A stretch of DNA of 64,000 nt from an uncultured Gemmatimonadales bacterium (GTDB taxonomy: Bacteria; Gemmatimonadota; Gemmatimonadetes; Gemmatimonadales; Gemmatimonadaceae), in the NCBI GenBank assembly GCA_963701965.1, contig OY969695.1:352001-416000 (forward strand), in the 5' to 3' direction. This document shows positions 45,872 to 56,463 of this stretch, piece after piece. The position numbers were made by a program, and so were the translations under genes. The first letter of the stretch is position 1; each line of letters opens with the position of its first letter. The notes under the pieces are model-generated. The model was not told where the DNA came from, did no database searches, and saw only the letters and a list, made by a program, of their open reading frames with translations.

Positions 45872-46638
45872 GTCAAAAGCTCGTAGGCGATCCGGAGCCC
45901 TTCGAGCGTCAGATAGGGCGCCACCAGATCGAAGCTCTGACAATAGGGCTTGAGCACCTCGGCGAGTCCGCCGGTGGCCACGACATACGGCACCGCCGCG
46001 TTTGGCCACTCGCGCTTGATGCGCCGGACCATGCCGTCGATCGCGTCCGCCGCCCCGAACACTACCCCCGCCCGGATACACTCCTCGGTGCGGGTCCCGA
46101 TCACCCGCGACGGCGCAATGAGCTCCGTGGCCGGCAGCTTCGCCGTCCGCCGGACCAAACTGTCCGCGGCCGTCCGCACGCCCGGCGCGATGGCGCCGCC
46201 GAGGAACGTGCCGTCCGCCGTGATGCAGTCGAACGTCGTGGCCGTCCCCAAGTCCACCACGATCGTGTCCCGCCCATAGAGGCGGCTCGCCGCCAGTGTA
46301 TTGATGAGCCGGTCGGCCCCGACGGTGAGCGGCTCGTCGACTTTGAGCTGGATGGGGAGCTTCAATGTGGCGTCGACGATCTTGGCCGCGCGTCCAAAGC
46401 TGAGTCGGCAGGCCTCGGCGAGCGGCCGGGTCACCGCGGGCACCACGGATCCGACCGCGCTCCCCACGACATCGGCCGGTGCCACTTTCCCCAGCTGCAA
46501 CAGTTCGTGAATGAGCAGGACCAACTCATCTGGCGTGCGCTCGGGAATCGTCGTCAGCCGCCAATGCGATTGCAGCATGGCCCCGGCCCACAACCCGACG
46601 GTGGTCTCCGTGTTCCCGACATCGAAGACGAGGATCAC
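45868..46638 (-). CDS. coaX: Type III pantothenate kinase
   Basis: DVGNT, VGADR, VDLGTATTFD, GGAIAPG, ATGG. Confidence 0.95.
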   Translation of the reverse strand: MILVFDVGNTETTVGLWAGAMLQSHWRLTTIPERTPDELVLLIHELLQLGKVAPADVVGSAVGSVVPAVTRPLAEACRLSFGRAAKIVDATLKLPIQLKVDEPLTVGADRLINTLAASRLYGRDTIVVDLGTATTFDCITADGTFLGGAIAPGVRTAADSLVRRTAKLPATELIAPSRVIGTRTEECIRAGVVFGAADAIDGMVRRIKREWPNAAVPYVVATGGLAEVLKPYCQSFDLVAPYLTLEGLRIAYELLT

Positions 46639-47375
46639 GGGGGACTCACCATGACGAGAGACCCCGATCGATAGGCGCCCACCGCCGCGCCGGATCGCAC
46701 CAGCAACTCGCCTGAGGACGAGATCCCGGCCACCGTGCCGATCGCCGGCTCGCGACACGGCTGTCCGATCGCCAGATCACGCAACGCGTATTCCGCCAGC
46801 TCGTCGGCCGTCAGCGCCCCGCGGGCCAATGCGGCCTCGCGCAACCGCGGCACCACGGCGAGCAACACGTCCAACCGGTTGGTCCCGTCCGGCAACCCCG
46901 CGGCGCCATCGACGTCGGCCGGCACGCGAACGTTGATCCCGATGCCGATGGCCGCCCACGCCGGCCGCTCGTCGTGCCACCGGGCTTCCGTGAGGATCCC
47001 TACGAGCTTGCCCCCGGCCACGTGCAGATCGTTGGGCCACTTGATGCGCACGGTCTCGCCCGCGAACCCGTCCAGCACGCGGGCCAGTTGCAGACCGAGG
47101 CGCAACGACAAGACATCGAGCGCGGCGGCGTCGTCCGGCCGCTCGACCATCGTCAGCCACAATCCGGCGCCCGCCGACGACGACCACCGGCGCCCGGCGC
47201 GCCCCCGCCCCACCGTCTGCCGGTCGGCCACGATCAACGTGCCCGCGGGTGCCCCCGCCTCGGCCGCTGAATGCGCGGCGTCCATCGTCGAGCCGACGCT
47301 GTCGTACACGTCGACCCGTGGAAGCGCGAGCCGCGCTTCCAACTCTGCCGCCGTCATCCCCTCATACGTGACCAC
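46635..47375 (-). CDS. birA: Biotin--protein ligase (no N-terminal HTH)
   Basis: GSTMD, QTVGRGR, IKWPNDL, KLVGILTE, GIGINV. Confidence 0.92.
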   Translation of the reverse strand: MVTYEGMTAAELEARLALPRVDVYDSVGSTMDAAHSAAEAGAPAGTLIVADRQTVGRGRAGRRWSSSAGAGLWLTMVERPDDAAALDVLSLRLGLQLARVLDGFAGETVRIKWPNDLHVAGGKLVGILTEARWHDERPAWAAIGIGINVRVPADVDGAAGLPDGTNRLDVLLAVVPRLREAALARGALTADELAEYALRDLAIGQPCREPAIGTVAGISSSGELLVRSGAAVGAYRSGSLVMVSPP

Positions 47376-48171
47376 GCACCATCCAGAGCGCGATGACGGC
47401 CGCCGCGACCACGACGCGATAGGCGGCGAACGCGCCATAGCTGTGTGATCGCACATAGCGCAGGACGATCTCGATCGCGAACCAACTGCTCACCGCCGCG
47501 GTGACGACGCCCACCACCACGGGCGCCGAGATCCCGTTCCGCAGGACGTGCGGCAGTTCCAACAGGCCGGCGCCGGCAATGAGCGGCATGCTGCACAGAA
47601 AGCTGAACACCGCCGCCGCCTCGCGATCGAGCTTGAGCGCCCGCCCCGCGGTAATGGTCGAGCCGGAGCGGGACACCCCGGGCACGAGCGCCAGCACCTG
47701 GGCCAGGCCCACGACGAGGGCGTCGGTCCACCGCAGGTCATCGAGCGGCCGCACCACCGGCGCCGCCCTGTCCACGGCCCACAGCACGATGCCCATTACG
47801 CCTAACGCGCAACCAATGAGCAACGGAGACCGGAACGTGCTCTCCGCGGCGTGCGCCAGCAGCTTCCCCGCAATGGCCCCCGGGATCGTGGCGATCAGGA
47901 GGAACACCACGCGCCACTCTTCGGTGCCTTGCGGGCGCCCGCCGCGCCGCAGAATGCCCACTGCCGCGGCGATCAATCGCGCCCACTCGGCGCGGAAGTA
48001 CCACAGCACGGCCACCAAAGTCCCGATATGCAGCGCGACGTCGAACGCCAGCCCGGGATCTTCCCAGCCGAAGACCCACGGCACCAGGGTGAGATGGGCC
48101 GAACTGCTCACGGGAAGAAATTCGGCGAGGCCTTGCACCAATCCCAACACCAGGGCCTGAAAGACGGTCAT
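47362..48171 (-). CDS. uppP: Undecaprenyl-diphosphatase
   Basis: QGLAEFLPVSSSAHL, PGVSRSGST. Confidence 0.95.
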   Translation of the reverse strand: MTVFQALVLGLVQGLAEFLPVSSSAHLTLVPWVFGWEDPGLAFDVALHIGTLVAVLWYFRAEWARLIAAAVGILRRGGRPQGTEEWRVVFLLIATIPGAIAGKLLAHAAESTFRSPLLIGCALGVMGIVLWAVDRAAPVVRPLDDLRWTDALVVGLAQVLALVPGVSRSGSTITAGRALKLDREAAAVFSFLCSMPLIAGAGLLELPHVLRNGISAPVVVGVVTAAVSSWFAIEIVLRYVRSHSYGAFAAYRVVVAAAVIALWMVRGHV

Positions 48172-48216
48172 GGCCGCATAACATAGCGGCGCTGGCCCCG
48201 AGCCGCGAGAGAGCGC

Positions 48217-49323
48217 TCACGCCCCCCGATACAACGCCTCGTAGCGGGCGACGATGTCCTCGAGCGCGAATCGCGCGCGCGCATCCGCCGTCGCGGCCGT
48301 ACTCACCGCCTGCCAACGATCGCGATCCCGCAGGACGCTGATCGCGGCGGCAGCCATCCCCTCCACGTCGCCCACGGGTAACAGAAACCCGGTCTCGCCA
48401 TCGCGCACGACCTCGCCCAGTCCACCCACCCGCGAGGCGACGACAGGCACGCCCGACGCCAGCGCCTCCAGCGCCGACAGACCGAACGACTCGGTTTCGC
48501 TCGGCAACAGAAAGACGTCGGCGCCCGCGAGGAGCGGGGCCACCGCTTCGAGCTTGCCGAGAAACGACACATCGTCCTCGACACCCAACGTCCGGGCCTC
48601 GTCCTGGGCATCGACCCGGTCGGGCCCATCGCCCACCATGATCAACACACTGGGCACCACCTGCCGCACGCGGGCGAAGATGCGAATGACGTCGCGCACC
48701 CGTTTGACCGGACGGAAGTTCGACACGTGCATCAGGACGCGGCGCCCGTTCACGATCGGCTCGTAGCGCGTGCGATCGTAGACCGTAGGATCGATGAAGT
48801 TGGGGATCACCACGACCTGGCACGCCGTGCAGCCGAACGCGTGGTAGGTCTCATCGCGCAGATACTGCGACACCGCGGTGAGCTGGTCGGACCGCTCGAT
48901 CGAGAACTTGGTGATGGCGTGGAAGGACGGGTCCTGCCCGACGATCGTAATGTCCGTGCCGTGCAGCGTGGTCACCAGGCGAATGTCGTTCCCCGTCTGC
49001 CGCAGCATCTCCCGCGCGATCCAGGCGCTCGTGGCGTGCGGAATAGCGTAATGGAGATGGAGCAGATCGAGGTTGTGCCGGAGCACGACTTCGTGCATCC
49101 GGACGGCGAGCGCCAGATCATACGGCGGGTACTCGAACAACGGATACCGCCCGACATCCACTTCGTGAAAGAAGATGCGGGGCTGGAACATCGGCAGCCG
49201 GAACGGCTGCTGGTAGGTGATGAAGTGCACCTCGTGGCCGCGGGCCGCGAGGGCGATCCCCAGCTCGGTGGCGACGGCGCCCGATCCGCCATAGGTCGGA
49301 TAGCACGTAATGCCGATCCTCAC
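48217..49323 (-). CDS. bshA: N-acetyl-alpha-D-glucosaminyl L-malate synthase
   Basis: MRIGITCYPTYGGSG, HYAIPHA, TTLHGTDIT, SNFRPVKR, ESFGL. Confidence 0.9.
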   Translation of the reverse strand: MRIGITCYPTYGGSGAVATELGIALAARGHEVHFITYQQPFRLPMFQPRIFFHEVDVGRYPLFEYPPYDLALAVRMHEVVLRHNLDLLHLHYAIPHATSAWIAREMLRQTGNDIRLVTTLHGTDITIVGQDPSFHAITKFSIERSDQLTAVSQYLRDETYHAFGCTACQVVVIPNFIDPTVYDRTRYEPIVNGRRVLMHVSNFRPVKRVRDVIRIFARVRQVVPSVLIMVGDGPDRVDAQDEARTLGVEDDVSFLGKLEAVAPLLAGADVFLLPSETESFGLSALEALASGVPVVASRVGGLGEVVRDGETGFLLPVGDVEGMAAAAISVLRDRDRWQAVSTAATADARARFALEDIVARYEALYRGA

Positions 49324-50061
49324 GTCTCGCCTCCTTCGGCCAGCCCGCGGGCCACGTCCACGGCGTCGCCGGCGCGGGGATCGATCCGCGTCACGTGTTC
49401 GCCGATCTGGTGACGAAACCAGGTGCGTTGCCGCTTGGCGTACTGTCGCGTGGCGATCACCACGCGCTCGCGCGTCGCCGGGAGGCTCGCGCCGCCGCGC
49501 ACCAACGCGCGTACCGCTTCGTATCCGCTGGCCTGCCAGGCGGGAGCCTCAGGGGGAACCTCGCCATCCAACATTCCGCACCTCGTCCACCCATCCTCCC
49601 GTGAGCATCGTGTCGACGCGGTGCGCGATCCAGTCGCGCAGCACCGGTCCGGGATCCACGAGAAGATAGCGGGCGTCATACCGCGGCGTGGCGGGCTCCG
49701 GTGTCACGAGTGCGCGAAGATAGAACCCGGCCCCGCCAACAATCACCGGAATGCGTCCCTCCTGGCGGGCCTCGATGATGGCCGCCTCCGCGGCCGTCGA
49801 CCAGGCGAATGACGAAAACCGCTGCGTGGGGTCCACCAGGTCCACGCCCCGGTGCGGCACGGCGGCCCGCTCGCCCGCCGTCGGCTTCGCGGTGCCAATG
49901 TCGAATCGGCGATAGATCTGCCGCGAGTCGGCGCTCACGATGGTAATGGGCAGCGCCCCCGCCAGCCGCAACGCCAGCGCGGATTTTCCGGCGGCGGTCG
50001 GCCCGCACACCACGAGCAGCCGGGGCAGCCTACTGCCGGCCGAAGCGCCGCTCGAGTTCAT
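49320..50061 (-). CDS. miaA: tRNA dimethylallyltransferase-like, short form (+1 indel near 49575)
   Basis: GPTAAGKS, SADSRQIY, DIGTAKP, VGGAGFY, GY, TRQYAKRQRTWF. Adjacent to mutL. Confidence 0.85.
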
Positions 50062-51757
50062 CCCAGGAGAGGCGCACAATGGTGGCGCGGCCGTGCACAT
50101 CGTGGGCGGGCAGCGTGGTCTCGCGCAGCGACACGAACAAGGCGCGCATCTCGGCCGGTGACAAAGCGTCGCCGGCCTTCACCGCGGCCTTGCACGCGAC
50201 CGTGGCCGCCAGACGCTCGTGGCGCGCCGCCGTGCCCGGCAGGCGGTCACCCGTCAGCGCATCCAGCGTGTCGCGGAGGCAGCGCTCGGCGTCGAAGCGC
50301 GGATGCGGCATCGGCACGCTGCGGACCAGCAACGTATGGCCGCCGAAGCCCTCGATCTCGAAACCGAGTCCTTCCAGCAACTCGCGGTGCGCCTCAAATG
50401 CATCGCCCTCGGCCGGTCCCAAGTGCATCGTGAGGGGAAACAGCAGCCGTTGCCCCGCCGGCCGCCCCTCGGTCAGCGCGCGCATGAACTGTTCGTACAG
50501 CACCCGCTCGTGCGCCGAATGCTGGTCGATGAGCACGACGCCCTCGTCCTGCTCGAACAGGAGATACGTGCGCCGGAGCTGCACCAACGGCGGAACGGCA
50601 TCGAAGGTCTCCGCGTTTCGCGCGTCGACTCCCTGCGGGGCAGATTGCTCCGCGGGGGTACCCGAGAACAGTCCGCCGGCTGGCGCGGGACGAAGCACCG
50701 CGCGCTCGTCGAGCGGCGCGGGCGCCGACGAGAGATGCGTCGTGGTCCACGGCCCGGCCACGGCCGAGCTTTCCAGTGTACCGAGCGCGCGCCGCACGGC
50801 GGCTTCGACGGCCCGCTCGATGGCCCAGCGGTCCCGAAACCGCACTTCGGCCTTGGCCGGATGGACGTTGACGTCGACGACGTCCGCGCTCACCGTGATG
50901 TCGAGCAGAACCGACGGCCGCACGCCGGCGGGAATGGTCGACCGGTAGGCCGCCTCGGCGGCGCGCACCAGCCCGGCATCGCGGATCGCCCGTCCATTGA
51001 CGATGAGAAAGACGCGGCGCGTCCGCGTCCCCACATCGCGCGGCCGCTCGACCAGACCGCCCACGTAGACGGCGCCGCTGACATCGTCGACCTCGACGAG
51101 CGCGTCCGCATACGCGCCTCCCCAGATCGCGCCCACACGCGCCCGCAGCGTGGACGCGGGCGGCAAGGTCATGGCCCGGGCGCCATCGTGGTCCAACGCG
51201 ACATGCACGTGCCGCTGCGCCAGAGCCAACGCCGTGACGGCGTCGGCCACGGCGCGCCATTCCGACCGCCCGCTGCGCAAGAACTTGAGCCGGGCCGGCA
51301 CGTTGTGGAACAAGCGGTCGACGGTGACCGTCGTGCCGCGCCGGCGGGCCTGCTCCGCGACCTCGGTTATCGCGCCGCCGACCACGCGGACGACCGTGCC
51401 CTCGCCATCCGCCGGTGCCGTCTCCATCGTCAGCGCCGACACGGATCCAATCGACGGCAGGGCTTCGCCGCGAAATCCCAAGGTGGCGATACCGACGAGA
51501 TCACTCGCCGCGCGAATCTTGGACGTCGCGTGGCGTTCGAGCGCCAACAACGCATCCTCGCGCCCCATGCCGCAGCCATCATCGCTGACCCGGATCCCGG
51601 CGCGCCCGCCGTCGGCCACGGCGATCTCGATCGCCGTGGCGCCGGCGTCGACGGCGTTCTCGACCAGTTCCTTGACCGCCGAAGCGGGTCGTTCCACGAC
51701 TTCGCCGGCCGCGATCTGGTCCGCCAGGGCGCTCGGCAAAATCGCGATCGTGGGCAC
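50030..51757 (-). CDS. mutL: DNA mismatch repair protein MutL
   Basis: QIAAGEVVERPAS, HATSKI, GFRGEAL, DVNVHP, DQHSAHER, ACKAAVK. Confidence 0.96.
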   Translation of the reverse strand: MPTIAILPSALADQIAAGEVVERPASAVKELVENAVDAGATAIEIAVADGGRAGIRVSDDGCGMGREDALLALERHATSKIRAASDLVGIATLGFRGEALPSIGSVSALTMETAPADGEGTVVRVVGGAITEVAEQARRRGTTVTVDRLFHNVPARLKFLRSGRSEWRAVADAVTALALAQRHVHVALDHDGARAMTLPPASTLRARVGAIWGGAYADALVEVDDVSGAVYVGGLVERPRDVGTRTRRVFLIVNGRAIRDAGLVRAAEAAYRSTIPAGVRPSVLLDITVSADVVDVNVHPAKAEVRFRDRWAIERAVEAAVRRALGTLESSAVAGPWTTTHLSSAPAPLDERAVLRPAPAGGLFSGTPAEQSAPQGVDARNAETFDAVPPLVQLRRTYLLFEQDEGVVLIDQHSAHERVLYEQFMRALTEGRPAGQRLLFPLTMHLGPAEGDAFEAHRELLEGLGFEIEGFGGHTLLVRSVPMPHPRFDAERCLRDTLDALTGDRLPGTAARHERLAATVACKAAVKAGDALSPAEMRALFVSLRETTLPAHDVHGRATIVRLSWDELERRFGRQ

Positions 51758-51765
51758 GAGGTAAA

Positions 51766-53811
51766 CTAGTCGCCGATGGGCGTCACCCGCTCCACCTCGA
51801 TCCACCCATCCCGATCGCCGTCGAGACGCACGCGCAGCCACGCGCCCTCGCGTTCCTCGACGCGTCCGATGTCGCCCGCGTCGAGCGCCGCGACCCGCTC
51901 GGCGCCCAGCGCCGGCGACGCATAGAGACCGGTGCCCGATCCCAGGACCACGAGATGGCGCGCCGCGGCCGTCTCCGCGACCCACACCGCGGCCAGCGCG
52001 CTCACGAGCGCCAGGCCGCCGAGCGCGATGGCGAACGGGCGGCGCCGCGGCCCGCCCACGACCGGAATGAGCCAGGCGACGATCCAGCACCCCAGTGCGA
52101 TCGACGCCACGATCTCCGCGCCGACGCGCGGCGGGGCCGCAATCGGGCCTTCTTGCGCCGCCCGCACCAGCGCCAGTCGCTCGCGCACGTCGGTGGCCAG
52201 CGCTTCCAGGCGCGCCGCGTGCTGCCAACCCACGACCGCGTCCGTCGTATCCGCCGCCGCCCAGGCCGCCGTGCCGGCGTTGGCCCAGGCGTCCGCGGCG
52301 CGCGGCTCCAGGTGTGCCGCGGCGGCGAACTCCAAGGCCGCCCGCCGATAGTCGTGCCGCGTGTACGCCGACAGGCCCTGGCGGAATTGCGCCGTTGCCT
52401 GCTCGGACAAGTCCGCGGCCAGGACCACCGCGGTGCTGCCCACGACCGCCAGCGCGCAGAGCAGGAGGATTGGCACGATGCGCGTGCGCGCCTCGCGCGC
52501 CACGCTCAGGAACGCCGCGTAAGCCTGCCGCCCGATGTCCGCCGGAAGCGACGCGCCCGGGCCGTAGGCCGTGCGGTCGAGCATCGCCAGCAATCCCTCG
52601 ACGCGTTGGCCCGAGGCGCCAGTCACCCCTTCCCGCCGCAGCACGCGGGCGAGTCCCCCGCGCTCGGTGAGCGCCGCCGGCGGTAGCGCGAATCGTTCGG
52701 CGAGCGCCGCCACATACGCGCGCCGCAGCGCCGACGGGTCGACGGCAGCATCGCGCGAGATCGACCGGAGCCGTGTGGCGGCGGACACAGCGCGCCGGCG
52801 CCGCCGCCGCGCGCGCCGGACGGCGCCCAGCGCCAGCGCCGGCACGGGCACGATGAGCGCCGCGGCGAAGAACACGGGGCGGGAGTAGATCGGCGGCGGG
52901 AGATTGCCCCGGAACGTCGTCCGCACGGTCAACGGCGGCCCCGCGTCGGCCCGCACGGTGTCGAGCGGCGCCAGCGAGCCCGCGCCAACGCGCAGCGTGT
53001 CCGCGCGCGTCACCGCGATCTCGTAGCGCTCGGTGTATGGATTGAAGTACGGGTAGCCCACGGGCGGCAGGACGAGCACGCCCGTATCGCGCGGCGTCAC
53101 GACCCAGTCGAACTCCTTGGTCCCGCGGACCTGCGCGGTGGACGTGTCCACCCGCACGCGCTCCTCGGCGCTCACCGCCGAGCCCCACGGGAGGGTGAGC
53201 GCCGGCCGTGGCAGCAGCTTGATGTTGCCCCGTCCCGCCACCGCCACCGTGAGCAAGACCGGGTCGCCCGCCCGCACCAGATGGCCGTCGAGATGCTCGG
53301 CGATGCTCAGCTCCCCCACGGCTCCCGAGTAATTCGCCGGTCGGCCCGCCGCGGGCGGCGCCAGGGCCACCACAGCCAGACTCTCCGCCGCCAGCGTGTG
53401 ATTCTCCTCCCGGCTGAAGAAGCTGAGCGAGAGCGGCAGCGCGTATGTGAGCGACGCCGCCGGGATCACGTAGTGTCCCGGCTCCAACGGGAACAGGGCC
53501 CGCTCGAAGACGTGCACCTCGTACTCGTGATCCCCCACGCGGCGGGCGCCCGGCGCCGTCATGCCGGCGGGAATCTCGTACGCCAACATCGCCCGCGGCT
53601 CCGGAGGGACGAACTCCGGGTTGCGTCGCAAGCGGAGCCGCAGTTGGTCGTCGAGAAAGACACCGACCTCGTACGTCACCTGCTGCCCGACATACACCGT
53701 GTCGGGCACGACCATCGCGTGGAAATTGACGGGCTGCGCCGTATCGATTGGAGCGCGCGCGATGATCGCCAATTGCGCGAACGGCATCAGGACCGCGGTG
53801 AGCGCCGGCAC
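51766..53811 (-). CDS. BatD-like protein fused to TPR/SH3 (BatE-like) region
   Basis: VYVGQQVTY, GAVG, VAGRGNI, YFNP, then TPR-like helices and C-terminal SH3 (WLRVRLDGDRDGWI). Confidence 0.75.
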   Translation of the reverse strand: MPALTAVLMPFAQLAIIARAPIDTAQPVNFHAMVVPDTVYVGQQVTYEVGVFLDDQLRLRLRRNPEFVPPEPRAMLAYEIPAGMTAPGARRVGDHEYEVHVFERALFPLEPGHYVIPAASLTYALPLSLSFFSREENHTLAAESLAVVALAPPAAGRPANYSGAVGELSIAEHLDGHLVRAGDPVLLTVAVAGRGNIKLLPRPALTLPWGSAVSAEERVRVDTSTAQVRGTKEFDWVVTPRDTGVLVLPPVGYPYFNPYTERYEIAVTRADTLRVGAGSLAPLDTVRADAGPPLTVRTTFRGNLPPPIYSRPVFFAAALIVPVPALALGAVRRARRRRRRAVSAATRLRSISRDAAVDPSALRRAYVAALAERFALPPAALTERGGLARVLRREGVTGASGQRVEGLLAMLDRTAYGPGASLPADIGRQAYAAFLSVAREARTRIVPILLLCALAVVGSTAVVLAADLSEQATAQFRQGLSAYTRHDYRRAALEFAAAAHLEPRAADAWANAGTAAWAAADTTDAVVGWQHAARLEALATDVRERLALVRAAQEGPIAAPPRVGAEIVASIALGCWIVAWLIPVVGGPRRRPFAIALGGLALVSALAAVWVAETAAARHLVVLGSGTGLYASPALGAERVAALDAGDIGRVEEREGAWLRVRLDGDRDGWIEVERVTPIGD

Positions 53812-53812
53812 G

Positions 53813-55459
53813 TCACCAATCCTTGCCGACGGGCGGCACGTCGACCGGCGCGTCGTGTTGGCGTTTCCCCTCGACGTCGCGCTCTTCCCGCGCCGCGCTC
53901 TTGAGGATCTCCTCGGCTTGCCGCCGCCCCAGCTGTCCCTCGGGTTGGTCGGTCGGACCCGGCTGCGGACGCGGACTGCCGGGCTTGGGCGCCGGCGCGG
54001 CGCTGTTGTTGCTGCTACCGCCCCCGCCACCGCCGCCCGACTGGCGCGCCGCCAGCGCCAGCTCGTAGTTCCATTTCGCGTCGCCGTCCGCGGACCGCAT
54101 GAGGAGGACGCGCTTGTACGCGGCCAGCGCCATGTCCAGTTCCGAACGACCGGCATCGCCCGGCGCCGCCAACCCGCGTTTGAGGTGCGCGAGCCCGATG
54201 TTGAACAACGACCGGTAGCGGACCTCTTGGTCGCGATCGCTGGCCACGAGCGACAGCGCCGAGACCGCGGCGTCGGAGGAATCCGCCGCCAGCAACGCCG
54301 TCCCGTAGTTGTACATGGTGCGCGGCGACCGGTCGCCCTTCTGCATCTGCTGGCGATACACATCGGGCACCGGCGTGCTGTCCGGCCGCGGCGCTTGCAG
54401 GAAGACAACGAACGCGGCAGCCGTGGCCGCGCGCCGCGCGCGTCCCCGCCGTCCGATCCGGTCGCTCAGCATTGTGTCGAGCAGCAGCAGAAGCAGTGCC
54501 GGCGCAAGAAAGAGCTGAAATCGTGGCGACAGCGACTGGCCGCGCTCGAGCGAGCGTTCCTGGACCCGCAGCCGGTTGAGTGCGTTCCGAACCTTGGCCG
54601 CCTTGTCGGTCTCTCCCGCCGCCACGAAGGTGCCATGCGCCGCGTCGGCGACGAGCTGCAGCATCTGCGGCGTATAGTGCGTCACGACGACGTCGCCGTT
54701 CATGTCCCGTTTGACCATCGTCGTATCTCCGGAGGGCGACGGAATCGTCGCCCCCGCCGCGGTGCCAAAGCCCACGGTCACGACGCTGATACCATTTTCC
54801 GCGGCGGCCGCCGCCGCGGCGCGCACATCGGCCTCGTCATCGAACCCTTCCCCGTCGCTCATGAGGACCAGCGCCCGGTCGCTCCCCGTCTTGGTCGCCA
54901 GCAGCAGATCCGTTCCCTGCCGGATGGCGCGGGCCAGCGCCGTCCCCGGCTGGCCGACGACCGAGGGGTCCAGATTCTCCAGGAAAAGGTCCAGGGCACC
55001 ATCATCGACCGTGAGGGGCGTGAGGACGTAACTGCGTCCCGCGAACGCGATCAGCGCCGTCCGGTCCCCGGGGGACAAGTCGCGGAGTCGTCGCACCTCT
55101 TCTTTCATGCGGGCGAGACGGCTCGGATGCTCATCGCGCGCCAACATGGAGAGCGACGCGTCGAGCGCCAAGACCACATCGATGCCGGCGCCGTGTTCCA
55201 GCCGTTGCTCTTCACCCCACCGCGGACCGGCCAACGCCAGTCCCGCGCACAGCGCGGCGCCCCCTAGCAACACCCCCCGCACCCGCGGGTCCGTGGGCGA
55301 CGGCACCAGCCGCGCCAGCATTTCCGGCCGCCCCAGCCGGCCCAGGCGCGACTGGCGGCGCGATTGGCGTAGGGCGAGCAATGCCACGGCGATCAGCGGC
55401 CCGAGGGCGGCTGCCAGGAGCAACAGGGGCTGGTCGAAGATCCCGAGGAGAGTGCTCAC
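53813..55459 (-). CDS. BatB/BatC-like VWA plus TPR protein
   Basis: LAGPRWG, DASLSM MIDAS, PLT, SDGE, YNYGT, AKWNYELA, KDW terminus. Confidence 0.85.
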   Translation of the reverse strand: MSTLLGIFDQPLLLLAAALGPLIAVALLALRQSRRQSRLGRLGRPEMLARLVPSPTDPRVRGVLLGGAALCAGLALAGPRWGEEQRLEHGAGIDVVLALDASLSMLARDEHPSRLARMKEEVRRLRDLSPGDRTALIAFAGRSYVLTPLTVDDGALDLFLENLDPSVVGQPGTALARAIRQGTDLLLATKTGSDRALVLMSDGEGFDDEADVRAAAAAAAENGISVVTVGFGTAAGATIPSPSGDTTMVKRDMNGDVVVTHYTPQMLQLVADAAHGTFVAAGETDKAAKVRNALNRLRVQERSLERGQSLSPRFQLFLAPALLLLLLDTMLSDRIGRRGRARRAATAAAFVVFLQAPRPDSTPVPDVYRQQMQKGDRSPRTMYNYGTALLAADSSDAAVSALSLVASDRDQEVRYRSLFNIGLAHLKRGLAAPGDAGRSELDMALAAYKRVLLMRSADGDAKWNYELALAARQSGGGGGGGSSNNSAAPAPKPGSPRPQPGPTDQPEGQLGRRQAEEILKSAAREERDVEGKRQHDAPVDVPPVGKDW

Positions 55460-56463
55460 GGGAGAGGCCCTTTCCACGCGAAGAGCGCCAACTCGAACCC
55501 CAGGGCCAGAAGCGCCGCCGAGAGCGGCCACCGGAAGAGCTCATGGTAGTGCATGAACGACTGCGTCCGGACCGGCACGCGCTCGAGCTGGTCGATCTGT
55601 TGATAGATGCGCTGCAGCGCGTCCGCATCGCGCGCGCGAAAGAACCGGCCGTTGGTCGTCCGCGCGATGTCGTTCAGGAGATCATAGTCGATATGGACCG
55701 GCCGATTCTCGAAGCGCAGGCCGAAGAGCCCCCGCCCGACCGGGACCGGCGCCATGCCGTCCGTCCCAATGCCGATCGTGTAGATCTTGATCCGGAACGC
55801 CGCCGCGGCTTGGGCCGCTGTGCGCGGGTCGATCGAGCCCCGGTTGTTGTCCCCGTCGGTCAACAACACCATCACGCGCGACCGCCCGGGCGCCACCCGC
55901 AGGCGGTTCGCCGCGGTGGCGATGGCCGTCCCGATGGCCGTGCCATCGTCCAACTCGCCCGCCTGGAGATTGCCGACCGCGGCGTCGACGACGGGGTAGT
56001 CGAGTGTCAGCGGCACTTGAGTGAGCGCCTCGCCGGCGAAGGCGACGACGCCGATGCGATCGGACGTCCGGGCCGCGATGAACTTGCGCATCGTCTCCTT
56101 CGCCACTTCCAGCCGGTTCTGCGGCTGGAAATCGAGCGCCAGCATGGAACTCGAGAGGTCGACGACCAGCACGATGTTGATGCCTTCGCTGGTGATCATC
56201 TCGGCCCGCGCCCCGGTGCGCGGCCGGGCGAGTGCCACGATGCAGGCGGCCAACGCAATGTTGCGGAGGATGACGATGGTCCGGGCCACGCCGGACCCGA
56301 TCCGGGGACCCGCGGCCAACGTCCCCACGCGGGAGAACGTGACCGCCGCCGGGCGTCGCCCGCGGCGGGCGAGCCACCACAGGGGAAGCGCCAGGAGCAG
56401 CAGGAGCACCCAGGGCTGCCCGAAGGCCACGCCCGGGAATCCGCCAGCGAATCCGGGGATCAT
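55456..56463 (-). CDS. BatA-like VWA domain protein
   Basis: ALARP, DLSSSM, DGTAIG, LLTDGDNN, IYTIGIG. Confidence 0.88.
   Translation of the reverse strand: MIPGFAGGFPGVAFGQPWVLLLLLALPLWWLARRGRRPAAVTFSRVGTLAAGPRIGSGVARTIVILRNIALAACIVALARPRTGARAEMITSEGINIVLVVDLSSSMLALDFQPQNRLEVAKETMRKFIAARTSDRIGVVAFAGEALTQVPLTLDYPVVDAAVGNLQAGELDDGTAIGTAIATAANRLRVAPGRSRVMVLLTDGDNNRGSIDPRTAAQAAAAFRIKIYTIGIGTDGMAPVPVGRGLFGLRFENRPVHIDYDLLNDIARTTNGRFFRARDADALQRIYQQIDQLERVPVRTQSFMHYHELFRWPLSAALLALGFELALFAWKGPLP

Noticed and set aside
50030..53188. 1052-aa MutL with an N-terminal extension
   Set aside because: The extension is an alternative frame of the batD-like gene. MutL homology begins at 51757.
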